Positions 36,392-48,353 of a DNA stretch of 64,000 bases are shown here, one piece after another. The DNA lies in contig MCFE01000052.1 in NCBI GenBank assembly GCA_002104905.1, positions 62,001-126,000 on the forward strand, written 5' to 3'. The stretch comes from Basidiobolus meristosporus CBS 931.73 (Eukaryota; Fungi; Basidiobolomycota). Within the stretch, counting starts at the first letter, position 1. Every line of letters begins with the position of its first letter. The translations under genes were made by a program, and so were the position numbers. The notes under the pieces were generated by a model that did no database searches, was not told the origin of the DNA, and worked only from the letters and a program-made list of their open reading frames with translations.

Positions 36392-38344
36392 ATGAGTTAC
36401 GTCCCAAGGCAGTTACCACGTAAAAATTCTCGTATTATCCATGACGACTCTTTGCCACAACCCATCTACATTGGCATCCACCATGAGAAAAACAAGGACG
36501 ATAACTCAACCACTTACTGTATTTACACCCATGACGGCTCCTACCCCTTGGATTACTCTGTCGAGACAGTAGAAGCCGGGACTGAGTTGAAGGAGGTTGA
36601 AGATAGGATTTTGGATGATCTAGTAACTTATGCTGCAGCCCAGCACTACAAAATCCATACAGTGGCTCTATCTCGAAACTATCCCTCAGATAAGGAAGAC
36701 CCTGATTCTATCGAGGCACCGCCCCCTAGCCTTGCTGGGCGTATATGGTTCGAGTTTGACGCCGTGCCCTTCCTGGTTGCCACTAGAGGACAATCGCCTG
36801 ATGAAAGAGCATGTGCTGCAGTGCGTAAGTCTATCATGTGGATGAGTCCACAGTTCCCGGGAAGTATTACACGAGTAGCAGTAAGTTACAACAACGAGGT
36901 AGATGTAGATTTAAATGGGGAAATTCATATGTGTGACTTGAGTCACTACAAGGCCATTACTGAGCCCAATACGTGGAAGTGCTTGACAAAATTTGCGGAC
37001 GAGATAAAGGATCGCAAATTGAAAATCAGCTTCTTCAATGCAACGCCCAGAGGTGGTGGTGTTGCATTGATGAGACATGCCAACATTCGTTTATTACGCT
37101 TGCTCGGGGTCGATGCTCACTGGTATGTAGTTAAACCGAAGCCCAATGTGTTCGACATTACCAAGCGCAAGTTCCACAACGTCCTGCAAGGAGTTGCACC
37201 CAAGGATGTACGTTTATCTGAGGATGATAAGGAGGTTTATCGCAACTGGATCAAGACGAACGCTGATCGATGGTCGGTTGAGGATGGCCCATTCCGCCAT
37301 TCGGATGTCATCATTATCGACGACCCACAGGTATCTGGACTGGTGCCATATATTCGTAAAATCAATCCGAAATGCAAGATCATCTATCGTTCCCACATTG
37401 AGGTTCGAGCAGACTTGGTAGCAGACGAGAATAGCCCACAGGCAGAAACATGGAACTTTATTTGGGATTTCATTAAGGATGTCGACCTTTTCATTAGTCA
37501 TCCAGTAGCCAACTTCATCCCCAACTCAGTGCCCGAGGATAAAGTGGTCCTACTACCAGCCGCCACCGATCCCCTGGATGGTCTTAACAAAGGTCTGAAC
37601 TTGCGGGATATGGAGTATTACAGATTGGTCTTCAACCGTATCTGTTATGATCAACATTCTCCTGAGCTTCGTAAAGGAGTGCCGTATATAATCCAGGTGG
37701 CCAGATTCGACCCATCTAAGGGTATTCCAGACGTTTTGGAGGTCTATAAGCTTCTACGCGATCGATTAAAGGCAGCGAACAAGCGACCTATCCCACAGCT
37801 GGTCATCTGCGGTCATGGTAGTGTTGATGATCCTGATGGTGCCGTTGTCTATCAGCAAATTCTTGACTTGCTTGCAGAGGACAGATATGTTGATCTAGCA
37901 AATGACGTTTGTGTTGCACGTGTGCCTGGAAGTGACCAATTACTGAACTCCTTGCTTCGCGGCGCCCATGTTGCACTTCAACTTTCCCACCGAGAGGGAT
38001 TCGAGGTCAAGGTTACCGAAGCATTAGCGAAGGGAGTTCCCGTCGTGGCCTACAACACCGGCGGCATACCTCTTCAAATAGTTAACGAACGCACAGGCTA
38101 TTTAGTTGAGGCACTGAATGTCGAGGGTGTTGTGGACAAAGTATTTGATTTATTCACCAACCATGAGCTCTACAGAACAATGTCTGAACATGCTCGCAAA
38201 GAAGCTAAACAAGAGTATTTCACCCAATTCAACACTGCTAACTGGCTGTTCGCTGTTCTGGAGGTACTCAAACACGATGACGTCTCAAATGGTAAATGCT
38301 GGGGACATCGTAAATGGTTGAAATCATTCTGGTACAAAGAGTAA
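36392..38344 (+). CDS. Fungal trehalose phosphorylase/synthase (GT4; Neurospora CCG-9-like)
   Basis: FFNATPRGGGVALMRH, VFDITKRKFHNVLQG, IDDPQV, IYRSHIE, QVARFDPSKG and REGFEVKVTEAL; intronless, 650 aa. Confidence 0.92.
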   Translation: MSYVPRQLPRKNSRIIHDDSLPQPIYIGIHHEKNKDDNSTTYCIYTHDGSYPLDYSVETVEAGTELKEVEDRILDDLVTYAAAQHYKIHTVALSRNYPSDKEDPDSIEAPPPSLAGRIWFEFDAVPFLVATRGQSPDERACAAVRKSIMWMSPQFPGSITRVAVSYNNEVDVDLNGEIHMCDLSHYKAITEPNTWKCLTKFADEIKDRKLKISFFNATPRGGGVALMRHANIRLLRLLGVDAHWYVVKPKPNVFDITKRKFHNVLQGVAPKDVRLSEDDKEVYRNWIKTNADRWSVEDGPFRHSDVIIIDDPQVSGLVPYIRKINPKCKIIYRSHIEVRADLVADENSPQAETWNFIWDFIKDVDLFISHPVANFIPNSVPEDKVVLLPAATDPLDGLNKGLNLRDMEYYRLVFNRICYDQHSPELRKGVPYIIQVARFDPSKGIPDVLEVYKLLRDRLKAANKRPIPQLVICGHGSVDDPDGAVVYQQILDLLAEDRYVDLANDVCVARVPGSDQLLNSLLRGAHVALQLSHREGFEVKVTEALAKGVPVVAYNTGGIPLQIVNERTGYLVEALNVEGVVDKVFDLFTNHELYRTMSEHARKEAKQEYFTQFNTANWLFAVLEVLKHDDVSNGKCWGHRKWLKSFWYKE

Positions 38345-38619
38345 CTGCCAGCAATTTCCGAATTCCGAGTCATTTCCAGTCTAAATTATTCAACAGGATA
38401 TGTAATATTGCTTATTTTCATGAAATAAAGCCATTTGTAAATTGGATAAAAATATTTTTGGCTCGGTCAGGTGACCCATGGGAAACAATATCCCAACATC
38501 GATAGTATTTACCCCACTCTTTAGTAAGCTAGTTAGATAAGATAGATTTTGCCAATTAAACTAAAGAATACCCAATTTTCATCCCGACAACCTTCTCCTT
38601 AGCTCCTCTCGTTCAAGTC

Positions 38620-39052
38620 ATGACCAGATTAACTTCTGCTGTTGCGGGCATTATTGTATCTGGTGCCTTAATTCATTATTTCAGGTCCAGCATTGAAGAA
38701 GATTTGAAAGGTGTTCGCACAACTATTTATGATGCCCGTCAAAAATTAGAAGAAACCCTTCCCAACGGAGGCAGCCCTAGAAAGGTAGGTGGAGAGCGTA
38801 GCCGCAACCACCTTTATCCCAAGCTTACGCCAAGAAATTGCTAAAATTGCCATATAGGTTGATGAAACAGTAGTGGCCAAACAGCCCCCCAGTACTCTCG
38901 ACCATATCTACAGATACCAGAGAAATCTGAATGAGAGTGTATTTCCTTCGTTTAAGCGCTCTTGGAATGAGGGAGTTTCTCGTTTTGCCAACCGCGTCAG
39001 TAACATCAATCTTGATGCGAACCAGTTAATCTCCGAGTGGAAACAAAAATGA
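38620..39052 (+). CDS. Small mitochondrial membrane protein, MICOS Mic12-like, 2 exons
   Basis: join(38620..38784,38858..39052), 119 aa; N-terminal TM segment, coiled region and KRSWNEGVSRF resembling the fungal Mic12 C-terminus. Confidence 0.6.
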
Positions 39053-39764
39053 ATCGCAGGCTTTCCTTGAAGTATTTGGGCATTCGGCAAATATGACATC
39101 TAACCTCGAGAAGAAAACGAACTCTTTTATGCTGCTACTGCTACATAGCTATGGTAGTTGATGGTAATGAAGATTCAAACAACCTTTGATTTAATTCCCT
39201 CATACTACGACCAGCATTCATATACACATCACATTTTCCAAGCAAATCATATTTCTCATTAAACAGTAATAAATAACACTCATTTACTGCACCATGTCCA
39301 TCAGGTCAACCTTGTATAATTACGTAATTTTTCGGATCTCCATACGACGAATTCCAGCGAAATCGAGTCTCTGGCAGCGTTGAGAGAGGAATCATTCGGA
39401 TCGAGGTATGGTGAAAAATTTCGGAATCAGTTTTTTTAGTGAAAAGGGATTTTTTTTTCGGGGGACCCACCCACCATGAAGGGAAAAAACGAAAAAAAAA
39501 GTGCTATCTAGAAATCGACATAGTATAGTGAAGTGTTGTTGGTCCACCCTCCCGACTAGTGTTCGCTTTCGTAACGTAAGCTTTTCAACTTTCTCTTTTG
39601 AAATTTGGTCTTTTTTCGTAGGGAATCGTTTACATTAGAGATCCCTATTGAGTCATATATATACATATATATACCCAAATATATTGGCTTGCTTGTGAAC
39701 ACACCTTGTCATAGACCTATTCTAAATTTCCCCTTACTTCTAGCTACCTTGAACGCACCTCAAC

Positions 39765-42454
39765 ATGTCTCGCTTTTTCCGTGGTGATTCCGACTCGGAT
39801 TCTGATGTCACTTCTAGTTCTAGTGAAGAGTCTTTCTACTCTTCTGACGAAGAACAATCCGAAGAAGAGAAAGAGCAAATTAAAGCCCCAGCTGGCGGTT
39901 TCAACCGCTTTATGAGAGGTGGTGCTGACGACGATTCCGATGATGATGAGGACGTAAAGCGTGTGGTAAAGTCCGCCAAGGACAAGCGTTATGATGAGAT
40001 GACAGCATCAGTTAAAATCGTTGAGAACGCACTCAAGATTAACGACTGGGTCACCATTGCCAGCGGTAAGGATCTAACTTTATACCCGTGAATCATTGTT
40101 GTTGCTTTATCATACTAACGCTTTGCTTTCGTAGAATTCGACAAACTTAGCAAGCTCATCTCAAAGGCTGCCAACTTATTCTCTACTTCTGGCACCCCCA
40201 AGTTTTACATTCGTTGCTTGGTTCACTTGGAGGACGGTTTGAAGGACGCCCTCGACAACAAGAAGAAGATGAACGCTTCTAATGCTAAGGCCCTCAACAG
40301 TATGAGACAAAAGCTTAGAAAGAACAACAAAACTTACGAGAAGGATTTGGAGGAATTCAGAAAGGTTTGTCGTGTGGTATCTTGCTTAGATAATCTAAAC
40401 ACCACGCTAACCTGAAATTCAAGAACCCTGCTGATGATGAGGGTGCTGCTGACGACGAGTCCGATGACTCCTACTTCAAGAAGGATGATGATTCTGAATC
40501 TGAATCTGACTCTGATGATGAGGCTGCTCCTGGTGTCAACAAGTGGCTCAAGAAGACCGAGAAACCTGCCAAGGGCAAGAAGGAAGCCCCCAAGAAGAAG
40601 GTTGAGATTGCTGCTCCCACCCAAGTTGCTGATGCCGATGACGGCTTCGCTACTGTTGGTAAAGGCGGAAAGATTGCTGAGTATACCTCTGAGAACCTCT
40701 TCAAAAAGCTCAACGAGATTGTCGAGGCACGTGGTAAGAAGAACACCGATAGAGCTGAGCAACTCTCCATTCTTGGCAAACTTCTCGCTGTTGCCGGTTC
40801 TCCTTATCAAAAGATCAAGGTTCTTCTCGTCTTGGTTTCTTCCCAATTTGACTATGTCCCCAGCATTACTGGATACATGCCTATTGATTCTTGGAAGAGA
40901 GCTGAAGAGCATATCAACAATCTCTTCACTACTTTAGAGAAGAACCCCGACATCAAGGTCTTCGAGGAAGCGGAGGAAATCGATGAGGAAGACAAAGAGG
41001 CAGTCAAGAACGCCACCCAAATTCGTGGATCTATTGCTTCCTTTGTTGAGCGTCTTGATGAGGAATTCATCAAGTCTCTTCAAATCATTGATCCTCACAC
41101 TCCTGAGTATTTGGCTCGTTTGACCGATCAATCCAGCCTTTACGCCATCATTGTTCGCTCCCAAGCTTACTTCGAATCCAGAGAATTGACCGAAAGCTTG
41201 ACTCGAGTGATTATGAAGCGCCTTGAGCACTTGTACTACAAGACTGCTGAGGTTTCCAAGACCCTCGAAGAGACCGTTCAAAAGTCCCTCCCCCAAAACC
41301 TCAAATCTTCGATTGTCAAGCAAACTGAGGATATTGATGAATTGATCCACTCACTCTGTGTTTACTTGTACAAGAATGCCAGCTCACTTCTTCGTACCCG
41401 TGCCATGCTTTGCCATGTGTTCCACCACGCCCTTCAAGGTCGCTTCCACGTTGCTCGTGACATGCTCCTTATGTCCCACCTTCAAGACTCTATTCACCAG
41501 GCCGACATTGCTACCCAAATTCTTCACAACAGAACCATGGTTCAATTGGGTCTTTGCGCTTTCCGTGAGGGTATGATCAAGGAGGCCCACGCTTGTCTTC
41601 AGGAAATCAGTGCTACTGGCAGAGTTAAGGAGCTTTTGGCTCAAGGTCTCCAACTCCAAAAGTACACTAACCTTACTCCCGAGCAAGAGAAACAAGAGAA
41701 GCAAAGACAACTTCCTTTCCATATGCACATCAACCTTGAGCTCTTGGAATGTGTTTACCTTACCTGCTCTATGCTCTTGGAGATTCCTAGCATGGCCGCT
41801 GCCGGTAGCAACCCTGAAGCTCGCAAGAAGGTCATCAGCAAGCCATTCCGCAGACTTCTTGACTACAGCGAGCGCCAAGTATTTGCTGGCCCACCTGAAA
41901 ACACTCGTGATCATATCATGGGTGCTTCTAAAGCATTGGCCACTGGTGACTGGACCAAGAGTCGTGACTTGATTTGCTCCATCAAGATTTGGGAGTTGAT
42001 TTCCAACGCCGACAAGATCAAGGAGATGCTCGCTCACAAGATCCAAGAGGAGGGTCTTCGTACCTACCTCTTCACCTATGCTTCCTACTACTCCACAGTC
42101 GGTTTGGAACAACTCGGTAGCATGTTTGATCTCCCTGCACCCGCTGTGTACAGCATTGTATCCAAGATGATCTTCAACGAAGAGATTCAAGCCTCTTTGG
42201 ATCAAGTTAAGGGTGTTGTTGTCCTCCACCGTGTTGAGCCATCTCGCCTTCAACTTTTGTCACTTCTCTTTGCTGACAAGGCTGCCTCTCTTGTTGAAAG
42301 CAATGAGAAGACCTTGGAACAGAAAGTGGCCACTCCCGGTAGCAACACAGGTTTGAAGCAAGGTCAAGGAAACCGTCGCTACCCTGCCGGTGACAACAAA
42401 TGGAACCAAACTCGTAACAAGCGTAGCCAAGTAAAGGCCGGTGGTCGCTCTTAG
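39765..42454 (+). CDS. NIP1: Translation initiation factor eIF3 subunit c, 3 exons
   Basis: MSRFFRG, acidic N-terminus, RVVKSAKDKR, IDPHTPEY, QADIATQILHNR, KQRQLPFHMHINLELLE and a C-terminal PCI domain. Confidence 0.97.
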
Positions 42455-44253
42455 ATTATTATTCTAATCCAAACCTCATCCCTCCCCTTACTCCCAATAT
42501 GAGCAAGCCACAAATTCCCATACTTCCACATTACCCTGTTTCTTGTTTCCATTTCTTTTCCCTTTAATTATCCTATTCCAAGAAAGGGAAAATACTGGGA
42601 GTTACTTTTTTATTAAAATGTATGATACATGAGAAGCTTCATTTTCCGTAGTCTTGAAATATTTTTCTGATCATTAGCTGCTGAAAAACTCGATCAAAAT
42701 CTCAATAAATCTGGAATCTCCTACGATTCAACCTGGCTTTATTTCATCAATATCGCGGACACTCGGATTCATAATATTATGTGGGTGAAGTTTGAAGTCT
42801 AGATGTTAAATAATGCTAGCGTGCCCCTCTCCATGCTAGAGAATACAAGCCTATATGGAAATTGAAGTGAGATATGACTTGATGCGTGTGTGGATCATTA
42901 TTTCCCAAGGCTAGTGCTCTTAAACAAGAGACATACGCTTGGAACACCTGATACCGAGACCTACCTGTAGCCAAAATATCGTACGAGAAATGTAGGAAAA
43001 ATAGAAAAAATTCAATCTTACTGAAGCGCTCAAATACAAGGGTATTCAAGAAACATGGCATTACCGCGCGCCCTATCAGAAATGCCATATGAAAATCAGC
43101 AGAAATCCAACTTGGATGAGTGTGCAACTTTTCAGAAATGAAGATTTGGGTCCATATTTAAGCATAATACTACATGCAATATATAGGCTGTCGTATACCC
43201 TATTCTCAGACAAAGTATGAAGTGTAGCCAGTATCTTTCTGAAAAATTATGAATAGCCCGAAGTTTATGGCTGTATTTGGAGTGGAATACCATCACAAGA
43301 ACGTATCAAAATGGTATAAATACCGTCAAAAATCCAATTTTGTTATTAATGATAGAAGGCATCTTCGTAGACTCTCTGTAGCACTAACTGGGTTTGAGGC
43401 ATGAAACCAGACCACTGGTAATGTTGAAAGTTGCTAGCAATATTCCTAGTTGTGCTTTATGAAGAGGAACAATGGGTTATTCCAGATTGATTGGACAATA
43501 TATTCCACAATGTATTCTGGTATTGGTATTCTGTAATGGCTTTAGCCATAAACCGATATCAATAGGATCTATCGGTATTGTGATACCGATTCTTGCTGTT
43601 CTGGTTTACCGAGCATCAGGCGGATTTGAAACACGTTCAGAAAAATCCGAACAGAGTAGCATATTAATGAAAATTCATACCGAAAATAAAACGTGGATTA
43701 CTTCTGAGAAATAACTTTCAACAACTTGAAGTTAATCTTGGGGATCATCGTTGCTGGATGATAAAAAACGTGGTTGGGTTTCGGAAACGATCGTTGGGGA
43801 TCAATATAGTTCAGTTTGGTGGTGTGGGAAATGGGGTAGATTAGATTATCGACGATGATGTTCCAACCTGGAACTCTGATGATTCAGGTTAGCCTGGAGA
43901 GCCAGCTGATGGAATATCGTTAGGGTTACAACAATTACATTGAGTATGTCACTCGACCCAGTAGTTGATGATCGATCTACTTTTCTGAAGTCAGCATCAG
44001 ACGTTGGAGAACAAGTTCCATTGAACGTATAGCTGGAGAACTCCACATATGTATACCTTATCAGTAGAACTCAAGAAAAAAACGAGTTTGAATCAAACTA
44101 GACATAAGCTCTATGGTTATATCACCTGTCCACATGATTTGGAGAATATGTGGCAATGAATATGAGAAATAAGTTCGAGGTTCAATGGTATAAATATCAA
44201 GCCACAAGAAAACCAAATCATAAACCAATTTCCTTCAGTCATACTCTGGATCT

Positions 44254-45900
44254 ATGGATCGCCTCAAGCAGTAAGTACTAGCAAGATGTCAGCATCTAAT
44301 AGAAACATATATAAATATTCAATCATTGTACCATTTTAGACTCCTGGAAATCAAGCCCAAGGGTGGCGATGTTGAGCATGAAAACAACCGCTACTGGAGT
44401 GAGGATATGGCCCCGCTTCCCGAAGAAAGACAGACCTGGGATCTTCTCAACTTTGTCTCATTCTGGATCAGTGATGCCTTCAACATTCCCAAGTTCTTGA
44501 TGGCTGGTTCATTGGTATCGCTCGGAATGAACTGGTGGCAAGCAATGCTCACCTTCATGACCGGTATGATTGTGATCACGGTGGCCATCACACTCGGCGG
44601 AGTAACTGGAGCGAGGTACCATGTCTCATTCCCGGTGGTCGGTCGTCTCAGTTTCGGTATGAAGGGAGCCTACATCCCGGTGTGCATGCGCTTCGTTCTC
44701 GCCTGGATCTGGTACGGAGTCAACCTCTGGCTCGGTGGCGAGTGTTTGTATGTGGTGATCTTGGCTTGCTGGCCGGGATACAACGACATCCCCAAGGGCT
44801 TCTCCGACCCCGACATCCACATGCGCCAATTCATCCCATGCATGGTGTTCTGGTTGGCCAGTATCCCGGTGATTGCCCTCGGCGCTGAGAAGATCAGACC
44901 TCTGTTCATGGTCAAGGCCTTCTTCCTCCCCGTGGCCGGTATTGTGTTGTTTGTCTGGTCGGTGGTGAATGCCGGTGGGTTCAGCTCTGTCCTGGCCATG
45001 GCCGGAACAAACGTCAAGGCCAAGCAGTCCTTCTTCTGGGCCTTCTTCTCCGGCGTCACCTCTGTCATGGGAAATATGGCCACCTTCGCTATCAACTGTC
45101 CCGATTACACCAGATACTCCAAGACCGTTCGTGCCCAGACCATCGGCCAAGCATTGACCATCCCCCTTGGCATGTTCTTCACCGGGTTCTTGGCTGTGTT
45201 CATCTCCTCAGCCTCGATTGCCTTGTATGGTGAGGCCATCTGGGATCCCATTGTGTTCATCAGCAAGATGGACCCTGGAAACGCACTCAACCGTGTGCTC
45301 CAATTCGTCCTCGGTCTTGGCTTCGCCCTGGCTTTGTTGGTAGTCAACTGCGCCGGTAACGCTTTGTTCGCGGGCAACGACATCTCCTCCTTGGCTCCTC
45401 GCTACATGACCATCAGACGTGGCAGTATCCTCTGCTCAGTGGTTGGCATCTGCATCTGCCCCTGGAAGTTGCTCTCAGGAGCCAACGGTTTCCTCAACTT
45501 CCTCTCGTCCTACACCACCTTCCTCGGACCCATCGGCGGAATCGTCCTTGCCGACTACTGGATCGTCCGTAAGAGATATGTCGAGGTCCCCGAGCTCTAC
45601 AAGCCAGGAGGCATCTACTGGTATGGTAACGGATTCCACATGCCAGCCATTGTCGCCTTGATTATTGGCATCATCCCCAACTTCCCAGGATTCTTGGACA
45701 AGATCGGAGTCGCGGGTATCCCCGACTTCTTCAAGAAGGTGTTCAACTTCTCGTGGTTCATTGGTCTCCTGTTGGGAGGATTCGTGTATGTGGTTATTTG
45801 CAAGTATCACGCCAAGAGCCGCTCAGAGATCGTTTACGAGCCTCGATTGGGAGTTGATAACAGCGTTGATGAGAAGAAAATGGGCTTTGTTGAGGCATAA
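44254..45900 (+). CDS. NCS1 nucleobase:cation symporter, copy 2
   Basis: join(44254..44270,44340..45900) gives MDRLKQLLEIKP..., 525 aa; core protein identical to copy 1. Confidence 0.93.
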
Positions 45901-46710
45901 ACCTTATTCCCAGTATTTCATAAAACCATCATATTTTATCATCTCACTCTCATAGGTTATTCCTCACATATTCATATCCCTTCCAATTTCTTCGAAGTCA
46001 TCCATCAACATGAGTAATAGCAATCCAAATAAACCTATTACAATTGACAAGCAAACTACACTTGAATGATCCGAGTCAAAATTACATTCCGCATGTTTAA
46101 GAGTGTTACCAATGTGGAACTCACATTGATAGTGATTTAATGGGCACACATTCAGATGGACGATAATCGTCGGTAGTATGTATAATTCATTCCTGTAAAT
46201 TTTACTCACACTAATGTCAAGTTTAACCTAGCCAAGCATTGAATTGGACCTGTGTAACCGGATTAGTCCGGAGAACTCTCGTCTCTGGTCACAATGGCCT
46301 GACACCTGAAATCATCATTAACCTGCGAGTTTGAAGCTGTAAACATATATTGTTTGGTACTAAACTAGGGAGCATATGGTGATGTAAATCATGATAATCT
46401 ATGCGATCCGATCCCAGGTACATACATGGCACAGAAGCCAGTTTCTAAGTTGATTGGGATATGTGACGGCGAAAAGAATGAAGCAACTTAAGACACATTT
46501 GAAAGAAATAGAAAACTTGACAATGAGTTGGGTATCAAGTAATATTTAAAACCGGTAAACAACTTCTTGTTAACAATATGTATTCATAAAGATGAAAACG
46601 ATGACGGGTAATGAATATATGCAAAATGGCTCGGTATGGAAATAGGAAAATAGTACTTGATTACACTGGTTAACACCTCAATCGTGATATGGTTTTATGC
46701 ACAATTAAAC

Positions 46711-48353
46711 CTATGCCTCGACAAAGCCCATTTTCTTCTCATCAACGCTGTTATCAATTCCCAATCGAGGCTCGTAAACGATCTCTGAGCGGCTCTTGGC
46801 GTGATACTTGCAAATAACCACATACACGAATCCTCCCAACAGGAGACCAATGAACCACGAGAAGTTGAACACCTTCTTGAAGAAGTCGGGGATACCCGCG
46901 ACTCCGATCTTGTCCAAGAATCCTGGGAAGTTGGGGATGATGCCAATAATCAAGGCGACAATGGCTGGCATGTGGAATCCGTTACCATACCAGTAGATGC
47001 CTCCTGGCTTGTAGAGCTCGGGGACCTCGACATATCTCTTACGGACGATCCAGTAGTCGGCAAGGACGATTCCACCGATGGGTCCGAGGAAGGTGGTGTA
47101 GGATGAGAGGAAGTTGAGGAAACCGTTGGCTCCTGAGAGCAACTTCCAGGGGCAGATGCAGATGCCAACCACCGAGCAGAGGATACTGCCACGTCTGATG
47201 GTCATGTAGCGAGGAGCCAAGGAGGAGATGTCGTTGCCCGCGAACAAAGCGTTACCGGCGCAGTTGACTACCAACAAAGCCAGGGCGAAGCCAAGACCGA
47301 GGACGAATTGGAGCACACGGTTGAGTGCGTTTCCAGGGTCCATCTTGCTGATGAACACAATGGGATCCCAGATAGCCTCACCATACAAGGCAATCGAGGC
47401 TGAGGAGATGAACACAGCCAAGAACCCGGTGAAGAACATGCCAAGGGGGATGGTCAATGCTTGGCCGATGGTCTGGGCACGAACGGTCTTGGAGTATCTG
47501 GTGTAATCGGGACAGTTGATGGCGAAGGTGGCCATATTTCCCATGACAGAGGTGACGCCGGAGAAGAAGGCCCAGAAGAAGGACTGCTTGGCCTTGACGT
47601 TTGTTCCGGCCATGGCCAGGACAGAGCTGAACCCACCGGCATTCACCACCGACCAGACAAACAACACAATACCGGCCACGGGGAGGAAGAAGGCCTTGAC
47701 CATGAACAGAGGTCTGATCTTCTCAGCGCCGAGGGCAATCACCGGGATACTGGCCAACCAGAACACCATGCATGGGATGAATTGGCGCATGTGGATGTCG
47801 GGGTCGGAGAAGCCCTTGGGGATGTCGTTGTATCCCGGCCAGCAAGCCAAGATCACCACATACAAACACTCGCCACCGAGCCAGAGGTTGACTCCGTACC
47901 AGATCCAGGCGAGAACGAAGCGCATGCACACCGGGATGTAGGCTCCCTTCATACCGAAACTGAGACGACCGACCACCGGGAATGAGACGTGGTACCTCGC
48001 TCCAGTCACTCCGCCGAGTGTGATGGCCACCGTGATCACAATCATACCGGTCATGAAGGTGAGCATTGCTTGCCACCAGTTCATTCCGAGCGATACCAAT
48101 GAACCAGCCATCAAGAACTTGGGAATGTTGAAGGCATCACTGATCCAGAATGAGACAAAGTTGAGAAGATCCCAGGTCTGTCTTTCTTCGGGAAGCGGGG
48201 CCATATCCTCACTCCAGTAGCGGTTGTTTTCATGCTCAACATCGCCACCCTTGGGCTTGATTTCCAACAATCTATATGATAACGGTGGGTAAGTATTTAC
48301 ATTCAGAGGATCTTGTCGACTCTTAAGTGAACTTACGCCTTCAGTCTTTCCAT
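46711..48353 (-). CDS. NCS1 nucleobase:cation symporter, copy 3
   Basis: join(46711..48271,48337..48353) gives MERLKALLEIKP..., 525 aa; inverted and tail-to-tail with copy 2. Confidence 0.93.

Noticed and set aside
42816-44046. Minus-strand ORFs (42816-43127, 43846-44046) suggesting a membrane-protein gene between NIP1 and NCS1 copy 2
   Set aside because: Non-ATG starts, no consistent splice chain could be built, and no family motif.
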